From assembly GCA_965222375.1 (NCBI GenBank), contig CBDCTZ010000016.1:1632001-1696000 (forward strand): DNA of 64,000 bases. The letters run 5' to 3'. The notes under the pieces were generated by a model. It was given only the letters and a program-made list of their open reading frames with translations, was not told the DNA's origin and did not search any database. Both the position numbers and the translations under genes were made by a program. This DNA comes from Polyangiaceae bacterium. Its GTDB lineage: Bacteria; Myxococcota_A; Polyangia; Polyangiales; Polyangiaceae. This document shows, one piece after another, positions 1 through 9,589 of the stretch (position 1 is the stretch's first letter; the number at the start of each line of letters is the position of its first letter).

Positions 1-469
1 AGGCGCCGTCAGCAGGCTGTCTATGCACCTCGATTACGCGATCCGTCAGATTGACGATCCAGTACTCGGGCACCCCGATCTCTGCGTACAAGCGAGCCTT
101 CACTCCGCGGTCCTTTGTCAGCGAACTATGAGCCACCTCGATGACCAGGAGCGGGTGCGCAGGGTGGTCCGAGGCGTCTCCACCCAGGGGCGCGACCGCG
201 ACATCGGGCTCCGGCTCCGACTCGTCGGACGCGGCAATCGGCATCTGAATCCTCACCCGCGCGCGCCCAACGAGCTTGGGCACGAAAAGCTCGTTGAGGC
301 GCTCGATGGCCGAGCAGTGCGGCCCGCCGCTCGGGCTCATGGGGACCAAGACCCCGTATAGCAACTCGACTTTTTCGTCCTCGAAGGCGCCGAGCTCGCC
401 GAGCTTGTTGTACTCGGACCGCTTGAGCGGCCGATAGCGTTGTCCCTGCAGCGCTTCCAAGTTGAACAC
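1..469 (-). CDS. Uma2-family (PD-(D/E)XK) putative endonuclease, 3' end runs off the window
   Basis: Missing from the ORF track. Manual translation: (M)FNLEALQGQRYRPLKRSEYNKLGELGAFEDEKVELLYGVLVPMSP...EPEPDVAV...LLVIEVAHSSLTKDRGVKARLYAEIGVPEYWIVNL. These are the typical Uma2 motifs ELxxG, PD, LVIEV, KxxLYAxxGVPEYW. GGAGG lies upstream; start is GTG 469 or TTG 460. Confidence 0.9.
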   Translation of the reverse strand, partial: MFNLEALQGQRYRPLKRSEYNKLGELGAFEDEKVELLYGVLVPMSPSGGPHCSAIERLNELFVPKLVGRARVRIQMPIAASDESEPEPDVAVAPLGGDASDHPAHPLLVIEVAHSSLTKDRGVKARLYAEIGVPEYWIVNLTDRVIEVHRQPADGA

Positions 470-540
470 CTCCTCCAGGTTAGCACAGCAGCCCATGTCG
501 GCCGCCGGCGCAGCGAGTTGCGCGCTTTGAACCGCCGCGG

Positions 541-1197
541 TTATCCAGTGCCATGAAAGGCGTCGTCGTGGACGCCCTCCACTTTTCGCCAAAACGGGTA
601 GTGCTCGCGGAACGCCGCCAGCATCTGCTCGAAGGGGAAGTCGGCGTGGGTGCCTCGGTCGACGACGTACTCCTTGTATTGCTGGCCGCTGCCATCGAAG
701 GCGTGCAGCAGCGCGTCGCTCTGTCCGTCGAACTCTAGGGGTGCGACACCCAAACGCTTGCACAGTGTGGCGTTGAAGGCGGGCGTCGCTTTGAACCACT
801 GCCCATTTACGAACATCTCGGTGTAGCCATGGAAGACGAAGAGGTCCGTCTGCATCAGTTCGCGCAGCTTGGGCGATGAGAGGTGGTTCTTCACGTCGGC
901 GAAGCCAATGCGTGCTGGAATGTTGGCGGCGCGGACCAATGCGGTGAGCAAGATCGCCTTGGGAACGCAGAACCCACGGTCTTTTTTCGTCCTGTACTGC
1001 TCGGGATCCAAGACGACGGAGTAGGGATCGTAGCGCCAGCGATCTCGAACGCTTCGGAACAACTTGCGGGCCTTTTCTGGGTCCGTGTCCGCGTCGCCCA
1101 CGGATTCGGCGACCAGCTCCCGAATGACGTCGGATTCGGAATCGATGAAGTGGGTTGCTGCTGTGTAATGCGCGGGATCGTCGTCAGTTGGATTCAT
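541..1197 (-). CDS. Transglutaminase-like family protein
   Basis: GFCVPKAILLTALVRAANIPARIGF (Cys motif) and FHGYTEMFVNGQW (His motif). ATG at 1197 overlaps the upstream stop (ATGA). Confidence 0.85.
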   Translation of the reverse strand: MNPTDDDPAHYTAATHFIDSESDVIRELVAESVGDADTDPEKARKLFRSVRDRWRYDPYSVVLDPEQYRTKKDRGFCVPKAILLTALVRAANIPARIGFADVKNHLSSPKLRELMQTDLFVFHGYTEMFVNGQWFKATPAFNATLCKRLGVAPLEFDGQSDALLHAFDGSGQQYKEYVVDRGTHADFPFEQMLAAFREHYPFWRKVEGVHDDAFHGTG

Positions 1198-3194
1198 CGC
1201 CACCGCTTGCGCCGCAGGACGAGCAGGACGCTCGCCGCGAGCAGCCACCAACTAGCATTTCCGCCGCGGCTTTCCACGCGGCAACCGCAGCCCCCGTCGT
1301 CGCCGCTTGGCGGTGGGTTCGCGCCCATGCCCCCGGTGCCTGGAGCGCCCGCGCCTCCGCCGGCGCCCCCGGTGGCCGTTGCACCATCGCCCTTGAGGAT
1401 CGTGAATTCGTCCAACATGTTGCCACCCTCGTCGATGTACTTGGCGTCGAGGCGCTTGCCACTCAAGTCGAGCACCATCGAACCAGGCGACATCAGTCCG
1501 CGCTTGGTCTGTTGGGTGGTCGGGTTGGTCAGCTCCACCATCATGGGGTGATCCAGCGGATAGTCTCCCCATTCGCCCCGGGCGCCCGAGTTGCCGTTGA
1601 CGACATAGACGGTGCCCTGCCCGGGACCAGGCGTTTCCGGTTTCTGGTAGGCGCCGTCAGACCCCTCTCGGCCATCGCCTGGGTCCACGGCATATTTGGG
1701 ATCCCAGTTGATCGACTCTGCGTAGAAGCCGTCTACGAGCACACTGCGTTCGTAGTTGTGGCTGTGCCCGGCCAAGACCAAGTCGACCCCGGCCGCCTCG
1801 AGTTCGGGGTTGATGATGTCTCGCACGAAGTCCAAGTCGCCCTCTTTGTCCGAATCGTGGGAACCCTTGGTGTGGGGTGGCTTGTGGAAGAAGGCGATGC
1901 GCCACAACGCATTGGTGGTCGCGAGATCCTGCTTGAGCCAGTCGAGCATCTCCGCTGGGGGGTCATCCGTGTGCAAGCAAATGAAGTGCGCATTGCCCCA
2001 GTCGAAGGAGTAGTAGCGCTCCGTGTTCGAGGGCACGCCGCCCGCTTCGGCCTTGGTTGGCAGCGTGAATATGTCGAAGTAGGGAACCTGGTTGCCGGTC
2101 TGCCAATCGTGGTTCCCAATCGTCGGGTACAGCACGGAGGAGCGCAGCAGAGCTTCGTACATGTCCTCGAAAATTGCGAACTGATGCTGGTGGTCCGTGC
2201 CCCCGCCGTAGGCGTTGTCACCCAGCATCAACCACAGGTCCGTATCGCCGCCCGAATTGAACTTGTAGTAACCATCGCGAACTGCACGCTGGCGCGAATG
2301 CTTGGTGCCAGAGTCGCCGAGTACCCAGATTCGCGCACTGATCGCAGAGCCGGGGGCCGGCGCGGTGACGAAGGAGTGTTCCTCGTCCCCGCCGGCAAGA
2401 GGCGCGGCCTTCGAGCCGACGGAGTAGAAGTAGCGTGTGCCGGGCGAAAGCTGGTCCAGCTCGACTTCGTGGGATGTGCCGGAGGCCGCGGAGGCGGCAG
2501 TTTGGTCGAGCGCATCCTTGGAAGTGCCGAAGCGGACCTGTCCGTCGCCCGCTACGGATGTACGCCAGCGGATGGTGACGCGATCGTGGGCGCCGGATTG
2601 CAGGAAGGGTCCTCGCGTGACGTGCGGTTCCGTGCTGGTGAAGAGTGCTTCGGCACTCCACACCAGCAGATCCGATGTCGGCCCAGCCATGTGCACTTCA
2701 GCAGCGAACACATTCTCTCCGCTGAGCAATACAGAAGCCGGAGTGGGCACTTGGAAAGCTTCGTAGCTGTTCGGGATGTGGTGCGCCGCCGGAGTCGCGT
2801 AGGTCTGGCCAGGGGGAAGGCCCGCCCGCGCTACCTCCGTTCCGTTCAGGTACAGAACGAACCCGTGAGCGTAGCCCAGGTTCAGGGTCAGACCATCCAC
2901 TGACGTCAAGCTCGTGTCCAAGCTGAACGACTTGCGGAAGTAGACCGTTCTTACTTCAGGCAGATCTGTGCGCGCACCGATGTTGTATTTGTTGGTTCCG
3001 ATCCCCAGCGGGCTTTCGCCTGTGGCCCAGCTCTGGTCGTCGAAGCTTGTGGCTCGCCAGGCCGTGCCCAGGTCTTTGCCCGTCGCGTCGTAGCGCCACT
3101 CGTCGAACTGGCGAACATAGGCGGTGTGGGCCTCGGCTCTCGCCGGGACTAGGAGCAGGCCGAGCAGGGCGAGTTGAGCTAGACGCGGTGCCAT
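1194..3194 (-). CDS. Secreted purple-acid-phosphatase-like metallophosphoesterase with FN3-like domain and MYXO-CTERM anchor
   Basis: Signal peptide MAPRLAQLALLGLLLVPARAEA. Metallophosphoesterase motifs GDSG, GDNAY, GNHD, HKP, GHSH. C-terminus GGCGCRV...WWLLAASVLLVLRRKR. Confidence 0.88.
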   Translation of the reverse strand: MAPRLAQLALLGLLLVPARAEAHTAYVRQFDEWRYDATGKDLGTAWRATSFDDQSWATGESPLGIGTNKYNIGARTDLPEVRTVYFRKSFSLDTSLTSVDGLTLNLGYAHGFVLYLNGTEVARAGLPPGQTYATPAAHHIPNSYEAFQVPTPASVLLSGENVFAAEVHMAGPTSDLLVWSAEALFTSTEPHVTRGPFLQSGAHDRVTIRWRTSVAGDGQVRFGTSKDALDQTAASAASGTSHEVELDQLSPGTRYFYSVGSKAAPLAGGDEEHSFVTAPAPGSAISARIWVLGDSGTKHSRQRAVRDGYYKFNSGGDTDLWLMLGDNAYGGGTDHQHQFAIFEDMYEALLRSSVLYPTIGNHDWQTGNQVPYFDIFTLPTKAEAGGVPSNTERYYSFDWGNAHFICLHTDDPPAEMLDWLKQDLATTNALWRIAFFHKPPHTKGSHDSDKEGDLDFVRDIINPELEAAGVDLVLAGHSHNYERSVLVDGFYAESINWDPKYAVDPGDGREGSDGAYQKPETPGPGQGTVYVVNGNSGARGEWGDYPLDHPMMVELTNPTTQQTKRGLMSPGSMVLDLSGKRLDAKYIDEGGNMLDEFTILKGDGATATGGAGGGAGAPGTGGMGANPPPSGDDGGCGCRVESRGGNASWWLLAASVLLVLRRKRWR

Positions 3195-3231
3195 CCGTGG
3201 TCCGTTGCGGGAAAACGGGCCAGAGTTCAAC

Positions 3232-4770
3232 TCAGGGGGTTTGACGTGCAGCCAGGGTGTTTTGCACGACGCTCTCCACGACATCCGCCAGCATTTGGCG
3301 GTCGGCATCCGTGACATTGGCGATGCGCGGCAGGTGCACGAATCCGCCGTGCACACCCGTGCCGCTTGCCTCGGTCATGATGCGATAAAAGATGTTGTTG
3401 CAGATGTAGCGGCCCGGATCGTCGCTCAGGCCCGAGGCGATGCCACGGTTTTGTAGGTCGGTCAGAATCGCATCCAAGGGCAGGCCACTGCTCAGCTCTG
3501 CGCTTCCATCAGAAACGATGGTCTCGCCTCCGGCGATGATGCCGCGATTGTCCGGGACGCCCCCGGCGAGAGCAGAGGAGTCCTTCTTGTTGTACGCGGT
3601 GGTTTCGAGATCTACTTCCGAGCGCCCCTGGCCAAAGCCGACCACGATGTCGGGACTGCAACGCGCTATTGCACTCTGGACCATGCCGGCTGCGGTATCG
3701 AACTCCACGGGCAGGATCATCTTCATCACGCTGATGCCTGCAACATCGGTTGCATCGAAACCCAGCACCGCTTGTTCGGAGCTGTTGTCCCGAGTGGAGT
3801 CTGCCGGGAAGGGTTCAAAGCCCGTCAAGAGCACGCGGGTCGTGTCCGGACTGAAGCTACAAGGCGCTTCCTCCGCATGGCGAGTCAGGCGGCTGGTAGC
3901 GCGCGTCCAAGAGCCCGTGACGAGGCTGACCCGCAGGCGCGTCTCCGCGCTGCATCCGGTGAGGAGGTCTGCCGCGGGAACGCTGACCGTGCTGCGAAAC
4001 TCGGTGTCCTCCTGCGTGGCCGTACCTGCGGTGACGAGGCCAGTGAGGGTGTCGGTCAAATCCACTTCATCGCACTTCAGTTCGAAGCCGAAACCGTTTG
4101 GCGGATCGTGTGCTTCGAGGGAAAGCGTTGCGGCGGCGTCGATGACTCCGGATGGCGGCGCCAAAATCAATTGTCGCGCGGAGCGGAAGAGTTCGAGGTA
4201 GTCCAGCCGCACTCGCGCATTGCCGAGCCACTCGACGTTGACGTTCACTGCGCCATCCGTGGACTGGGAAAACACCAAGCTCAGATTCTGGTAGCTGAGG
4301 GGTTCGACGAAGTCCTTCCACAACACATCCCGCTCTCCGAGCAGGGTTCCGCTAGCTGACGTCGCGCTCAGCCGAAGCACCGCATCGTCGCAAGTGCTGC
4401 CTTCGCATGCTTTTGTGGCGAGTGCGCGGGCGTTGAGGGTGAAGCGGCCCTTCCCGATGCTCTTACTGTCGGCATTGCAGGCGGTGCCGGGTGCGTCGTA
4501 GGTGGGGTGAAAGCCCCGCCCCTCGGCTTCGCGGATCCCCGTCGTGGGGTTGCAAGCGCTCTCCGCCTCCCATACCTCGGCGTCCAAGGGGTGGCCGGTT
4601 CCGTCGAACTTGCCGTCGAAGAAGTCCGCGTACAGGCCGTCCGGGAGGGAGTCCTTGGACTGCTTGGCGCTGGGCGCCGCTCCCCGGCTGTCCGCGTCGT
4701 CACTGGAACCGCAGCCTAGCGCGAGCAGCAGCGGCGCAAGCAATGCAGCTCGATATTGCAGCAACTTCAT
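3232..4770 (-). CDS. Lipoprotein with C-terminal pyroglutamyl-peptidase I (peptidase C15) domain
   Basis: Lipobox LALGC after MKLLQYR. C15 motifs VLLTGFEPF, GQGRSEVDLE (Glu), SDDPGRYICN (Cys), GFVHLP (His). Start re-chosen at ATG 4770. Confidence 0.8.
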   Translation of the reverse strand: MKLLQYRAALLAPLLLALGCGSSDDADSRGAAPSAKQSKDSLPDGLYADFFDGKFDGTGHPLDAEVWEAESACNPTTGIREAEGRGFHPTYDAPGTACNADSKSIGKGRFTLNARALATKACEGSTCDDAVLRLSATSASGTLLGERDVLWKDFVEPLSYQNLSLVFSQSTDGAVNVNVEWLGNARVRLDYLELFRSARQLILAPPSGVIDAAATLSLEAHDPPNGFGFELKCDEVDLTDTLTGLVTAGTATQEDTEFRSTVSVPAADLLTGCSAETRLRVSLVTGSWTRATSRLTRHAEEAPCSFSPDTTRVLLTGFEPFPADSTRDNSSEQAVLGFDATDVAGISVMKMILPVEFDTAAGMVQSAIARCSPDIVVGFGQGRSEVDLETTAYNKKDSSALAGGVPDNRGIIAGGETIVSDGSAELSSGLPLDAILTDLQNRGIASGLSDDPGRYICNNIFYRIMTEASGTGVHGGFVHLPRIANVTDADRQMLADVVESVVQNTLAARQTP

Positions 4771-4804
4771 TCTAGTTCCGCCGTCCATATTCGGTCCACC
4801 CGAG

Positions 4805-5534
4805 TTAAAGCTTCCCCCGTCCGGCTCTCCGCAGCCGGGAGGGACAATGAGCCCGCCCGCGCCGTTTTTCAAGTCGACGCCGTCGCTGCAGAAGTTCTTC
4901 GGCCCTTTGGCGTAGAACAGGTCATAGAACTCACGGAATACTCCGGCTCGAAGCAGCTGGCTCGCAAGGTGGCGCCCCATGCGGCCGCGGCCCATTTCGT
5001 CAGCAACTTGGGGTCCGGAGCGAGAACTACGCGCCGCTTGGCGGCGTTGCTTGCACAAAGTGGGTCCGGCGGCAGCGCGTTGACCCAGGCCTCTGCTTCG
5101 GCGACCTCTGTGGAGCAGCCAGCGGTGCAGTTGTAGAGGACGACCACGGCGCCGTGCTCCATGGCGTGTATGAGGTAGCCGCGGGGAACGGGCACGGAAT
5201 ACGTCTCGTATGCGGCCCAGTTCCCGTAGTGGGGGCCTGAGGACGGTGGGTTTGTCGCAAAAGTCAGTACCGAGCACTCGTCCACGTGGGGCGACGGATC
5301 TGTTGGGTGGTGCTGGCGAATCGCGTTGCATTGGCTACCCGGCACCTTGATGGCGTCGTAGTTCACGTCAGCGGGGCCATCGATGACGCCGACCTCGATG
5401 GCCGCATCTCCCGCACTGCCGCCGGTCCCGGGGCTGAGCTTGCTGCCGTCCTCGTCGCCGCTACTGCACGCGGCAATTGCGCTGAAGGCGGCGACCAAGG
5501 CTGCGCCAAATCCGACTTTCCTCACCAGAGTCAT
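4805..5534 (-). CDS. DUF3105-like lipoprotein, apparently frameshifted near 4941 (uncorrected ORF ends at 4869)
   Basis: Lipobox IAAC. Motifs NPPSSGPHY, W, HAMEHGAVVVLYNC, AAAWG. A plausible C-terminus (VFREFYDLFYAKGPKNFC) continues in another frame. Confidence 0.7.
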
Positions 5535-5570
5535 GGTAGCAGGCGCTCAAGCGCCTTCGCTACCTCGACC

Positions 5571-6359
5571 ATGCCTCGCATCTTGAGTCTCGCACACCAA
5601 CGCCCGCTACTGCCTGGAACGCTACTCGGGCGGCGCAAGCGATTTCTCGCCGACGTACAGCTTGCGGACGGGTCGCGCGTCGTCGCCCACTGCGTGAACC
5701 CGGGACGCATGGAGGGCATGGTGATCCCGGGGGCACCGGTGTTCGTCAGTCGCGCGCCACCCGGTACCAAGCGTAAGCTCGCCTACACGCTGGAACTAGT
5801 GCGTGTGGGGCGCAGCCTGATTGGGGCCAACACGGTCGAGGCGAACCGCATCGTCGAGGCTCTGCTGACTCAACGCCTGCTTTCGGGATTTCGACGCTAT
5901 GACGAGTTGCGTCGGGAGTACCGCTACGGAGAGCGGTCCCGTGCGGACTTCTGGGTGCGACGGGGCAAGCGACAGACTTTCGTCGAGGTAAAAAACTGCC
6001 ACCTGGTCTATGCCGACAAGCGAGGGTACTTTCCCGACTCGGTCAGCGACCGTGCCACGCGTCATCTCGAGGAACTGGTGGACGTGGTGCGCGCCGGCCA
6101 CGGCGCACTGGTTCTGTTCCTCGTGCAACATGCGACTGCACGAGCCGTGAGACCCTCAGATGTGCACGACCCGACTTTTGCGCAGGCGGCACGCGCGGCC
6201 AAGTGTGCCGGTGTGCAATTCCGGGGACTGCGGGTGCGCCCAACCGCTCGAGCCTACCTTGTCGAGGACACGATTCCCGTGGACCTCGCTCCGTACGCAA
6301 CCGAGCGCATACAGCGGTTTCGCCAGGACAACGAGCCCTGGTCTGGCTCCGAGTGGTAA
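5571..6359 (+). CDS. sfsA: DNA/RNA nuclease SfsA (sugar fermentation stimulation protein)
   Basis: RRKRFLADV, AHCVNPGRM, SRADF, FVEVKN, FPDSVSDRATRHLEEL, DPTFA. ATG at 5571. Confidence 0.93.
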   Translation: MPRILSLAHQRPLLPGTLLGRRKRFLADVQLADGSRVVAHCVNPGRMEGMVIPGAPVFVSRAPPGTKRKLAYTLELVRVGRSLIGANTVEANRIVEALLTQRLLSGFRRYDELRREYRYGERSRADFWVRRGKRQTFVEVKNCHLVYADKRGYFPDSVSDRATRHLEELVDVVRAGHGALVLFLVQHATARAVRPSDVHDPTFAQAARAAKCAGVQFRGLRVRPTARAYLVEDTIPVDLAPYATERIQRFRQDNEPWSGSEW

Positions 6360-6363
6360 CGTT

Positions 6364-7212
6364 CTAGCTGGACCTAGGCTCGGCGCCTAAGAGCCGCGCG
6401 CAGAGTTTGCTCATCACCTGCCCCGCGCTGGCATCGATGCACAGGTCGGCCTGAGCATCACCGCGGGTGGGGCCGAGGTTGACGATGGCGATGCGGTTGC
6501 CCCGTTCGCGCGCCCGCCGGACGAAGCGGTACCCGGAAAAAACCGTGAGGGACGATCCGACTACGAGAAGCACCTGGGCCGAATGCAAGATCTCGAAGGC
6601 TGTGTCCACGACAGGCCGCGGGACTCCCTCGCCAAAGAAGACGACGTCCGGCTTCAACACCCCACCACACGTCTGGCATGCGGGCACCCGGAAAGACTCG
6701 GCGTGCAGCACTTCCGCGTCACCGTCCGGCGCGAGCTCCGTCGCGTGCAAGCTGGCCGAGTTTGGGTTTTCCGCAAGCATGCGCTGCTGGAGCTCATGGC
6801 GGCATACGACAGCGCGACAGCTCAGGCAGCGCACGCGCGACAAGGCGCCGTGCAGCTCCACCAACGTTCGGCTACCAGCTGCCTGATGCAGGCCGTCGAC
6901 GTTCTGCGTGATCAGTCCGCTGAAGATTCCCTCGGATTCCAACCGAGCGATAGCGTGATGCGCCGCGTTTGGCTGAGCCCCGGCGATGCGAGGCCAGCCA
7001 ACTACGCTGCGGGACCAGTATCGAGCTCGCGCGTTCGCCGAGGCCAAGAACTCGCGCGCTTGTATTGGGTTGCGTGCTCGGCGACGCGTTTCTGGCCCGC
7101 GGTAGTCCGGGATCCCACTCTCGGTGCTACAACCCGCGCCCGTGAGCACGGCCACCTTGTGGCCCTCGAGAAGGGCGTGCAGGGCGTCGACCGCGCTGGG
7201 AACTTGAGTCAT
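6364..7212 (-). CDS. NAD-dependent protein deacylase, sirtuin family (class II / SIRT4-like)
   Basis: [29 protein letters not shown], CxxC...CxxC zinc site, [15 protein letters not shown]. Confidence 0.93.
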   Translation of the reverse strand: MTQVPSAVDALHALLEGHKVAVLTGAGCSTESGIPDYRGPETRRRARNPIQAREFLASANARARYWSRSVVGWPRIAGAQPNAAHHAIARLESEGIFSGLITQNVDGLHQAAGSRTLVELHGALSRVRCLSCRAVVCRHELQQRMLAENPNSASLHATELAPDGDAEVLHAESFRVPACQTCGGVLKPDVVFFGEGVPRPVVDTAFEILHSAQVLLVVGSSLTVFSGYRFVRRARERGNRIAIVNLGPTRGDAQADLCIDASAGQVMSKLCARLLGAEPRSS

Positions 7213-7337
7213 GACTCGGGTCACGATGCTTCGATTCGTGGCGCTTTCTGCGCCGTCGTCAAGTCCTAAGCTCGCCTGTTCGGCGTATCAGGAGCGGGCG
7301 CCTTGTGTGCCGCGGGCGTCCGCGCGACCCTGGGTCG

Positions 7338-9515
7338 ATGCGACGTCGAGTCCGGGCACCACTTGTTTCCTTCCTGCTGCTGGCGGCTGCCCCTGCGCAT
7401 GCGAGCGAGTACTTCGTAGCCCCAGGCGGAAGTGACTCGGCGCCCGGGACCCTCGCCGCGCCATTTGCGAGCGTGAAGCACGGCATTGAGCAGCTGTCGC
7501 CCGGTGACGTTCTCACACTCAGAGGCGGAACCTACTTCGAAAGAATCAAGGTCTCGAAAGGTGGCAGCGCTGGCAACCCCATCATCATCCAAGGCTACCC
7601 TGGAGAAACGGCCGTCTTGGACTCGGGCTACCCGGAACTGCGCAGCCCCAACAACGACGATTGGGAACTGGTAGACGCAGCGCGGGGCGAATACCGCACC
7701 AAGCGCAGCTGTTCCACGACTCCGAGTCGAGCGTACGTGCACGGACTGGCAGGATACGAAAACGAGCGGGTCATGCTGGTCCCGTACAAATCCGCGGCGG
7801 CTTTTCGCTCGATGTCCGACGACTACAACGCCACGGCGTTCTACGTCGGGCCGGGTACCTTCGTGGATACGGATGGGCGATGTCACATTCGCCTGGCCAA
7901 AACGAAGGAGCTACTGGAATACGAGGGTCGGTACGGCAAGCTTTTTGACGCTGCGCTGCCGGATCCCAGGAAGTACGCCATCACTCTATCCCAAGAGTCG
8001 GCCACGCTCGAAGTGGAGGCGCAACACGTCACGCTGCGGGGGTTCACCATCAACCAAGCAACGCACTCCCTGCGACTTGGATCCGGGGCGGCCAACGTGC
8101 GCATCGAGAACATGACGATCTGGAGCGGGAACAGTGCAATCGATACCAAGGCCGCGGGGATTCACGACGTGGTCATCACCGGGTCGCGCATCTACGGAGA
8201 CCACCCGCCGTGGATCTTCTGGAGCGACATGAAGGATGCGCCCACGCCTGCGGATTTAGCACGAGGCACATCCATCGCGCTTGGTGATGGCGCCCGAGAT
8301 TGGGAGTTGAGCTACAACCACATCCGCGGCTCCGGGCAGGACCTAGTCGGCGTCAATGATGACGAAACTGGCGTGCGTGTTCATCACAACCGGCTCGAGA
8401 ATTGTGGCGACGATGCGTTCGAACTCGAGGGCACGATCGACATCGGGCACATCGAGATCTACGAGAACTTCATCAGCAACTGCCTTGTCGGTATCGCTCC
8501 AGGGCAAGATTCTGCGGCCATGACGGGTCCTCTCCTGGTCTACCGCAACGTCTTCGCGATGCTGCGCGACGCCCCGGTCAATCGCGAGCCAGGCATCAAC
8601 ACTTGGAATGGTGGGGGGCGCTTTGGCTACGAGTACCTATTCAAACATGGGTCGAGTTCGAGCTACTCCACGAAGAACACTCACTACTACCACAACACCC
8701 TCGTCATGTTGAACGCGCACCGCGGTTTGAACATCACTCCGAAGAGCCCGGACGGATCGACCGTAGCCAACAACATCATGATCGTCGTGAATAGCGAGGT
8801 CCACGGAAGCTATCGGCAGGGTAGCGGCCAACTCGTTGACGGGGACCTGTACTGGAAACCAAACACCTCGAGCACGACACCGCTCGCGGACGGGTATGAC
8901 ACTGTGAGTGCGCTGTCAGCCGCTCTCGGCATCGAAGCCAAAGGCCTGGGCTCGGTTCCGAAGCAGGGGACGGATCCAAAGTTCGACAAGCCACCTTTTG
9001 GGTTTGACGATCAGACGTCGCCGATTTGGACTTTGACTGCCGCCTCGGAGCGTCGGAAACCGTCTGACTTCCTACTCGGAGCGTCGAGTCCGGGCTGCAA
9101 CGCCGGTGTGAATCTGAACAACCGCTCGTCCGTCGGCGGGAGCAAGCTCCCGGATTCGCGGAACTTCGCACCTGGTGTCGGCGCGTACCCATGCGGTACG
9201 GATCCAAAGAGCCTCGACGTCTGGCCGCTGGATCCCGCAGGCAGCGCGGCAGGCGCAGCAGGCACTGGTGGCGCCGGCGGGGTCGGTGGTGTGGGTGGTG
9301 TTGCCGGCGCAGCAGGTGGTTCCGGAGCGGGCGCCGGCGCTGCTGCGGGGTCGAGTGGGGCGTCCGCCACTGGTGGATCGGCGGGCGCGTCCCAGGATGA
9401 AGATGGCTGCGGCTGCCATCTGCCGGGGCAGCGAACCCGGTCGTGGTGGTGGCTGGCGGCAGCCGGTGTGTGGATTGCGTCGCGAAGACGCCGCCGATCG
9501 ATGCTCGGAGGCTGA
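7338..9515 (+). CDS. Secreted right-handed beta-helix (DUF1565/pectin-lyase-like) protein with MYXO-CTERM anchor
   Basis: Signal peptide ending AHA. YFVAPGGSDSAPGTLAAPFASV...PGDVLTLRGGTY. Repeating I/V-x-x-N-x-I/L units. Gly/Ala linker. DGCGCHL...WWWLAAAGVWIASRRRRR. Confidence 0.8.
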   Translation: MRRRVRAPLVSFLLLAAAPAHASEYFVAPGGSDSAPGTLAAPFASVKHGIEQLSPGDVLTLRGGTYFERIKVSKGGSAGNPIIIQGYPGETAVLDSGYPELRSPNNDDWELVDAARGEYRTKRSCSTTPSRAYVHGLAGYENERVMLVPYKSAAAFRSMSDDYNATAFYVGPGTFVDTDGRCHIRLAKTKELLEYEGRYGKLFDAALPDPRKYAITLSQESATLEVEAQHVTLRGFTINQATHSLRLGSGAANVRIENMTIWSGNSAIDTKAAGIHDVVITGSRIYGDHPPWIFWSDMKDAPTPADLARGTSIALGDGARDWELSYNHIRGSGQDLVGVNDDETGVRVHHNRLENCGDDAFELEGTIDIGHIEIYENFISNCLVGIAPGQDSAAMTGPLLVYRNVFAMLRDAPVNREPGINTWNGGGRFGYEYLFKHGSSSSYSTKNTHYYHNTLVMLNAHRGLNITPKSPDGSTVANNIMIVVNSEVHGSYRQGSGQLVDGDLYWKPNTSSTTPLADGYDTVSALSAALGIEAKGLGSVPKQGTDPKFDKPPFGFDDQTSPIWTLTAASERRKPSDFLLGASSPGCNAGVNLNNRSSVGGSKLPDSRNFAPGVGAYPCGTDPKSLDVWPLDPAGSAAGAAGTGGAGGVGGVGGVAGAAGGSGAGAGAAAGSSGASATGGSAGASQDEDGCGCHLPGQRTRSWWWLAAAGVWIASRRRRRSMLGG

Positions 9516-9589
9516 GGAGTGCTGGCACTGGGTCAGAACCGCTTGCGTGGCCGTGGCGCGTGCCCCACGATGCGCCCTACTCGCGCTCC

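Noticed and set aside
1155..2903. Long opposite-strand or alternate-frame ORFs (e.g. 1155..2903, 9175..10290, 34241..35176, 39690..40652, 46090..47022, 47731..48699, 51263..52390)
   Set aside because: Shadow ORFs expected in high-GC DNA. They overlap well-supported genes and show no motifs.
3232..5331. 699-aa ORF as a single protein
   Set aside because: Its first part overlaps the DUF3105 gene out of frame, and a clear lipoprotein signal starts at 4770.
5571..7212. SfsA nuclease plus sirtuin as an anti-phage (Sir2-type) defence system
   Set aside because: The sirtuin is a canonical zinc-binding deacylase, the genes are convergent, and SfsA is a widespread standalone gene.
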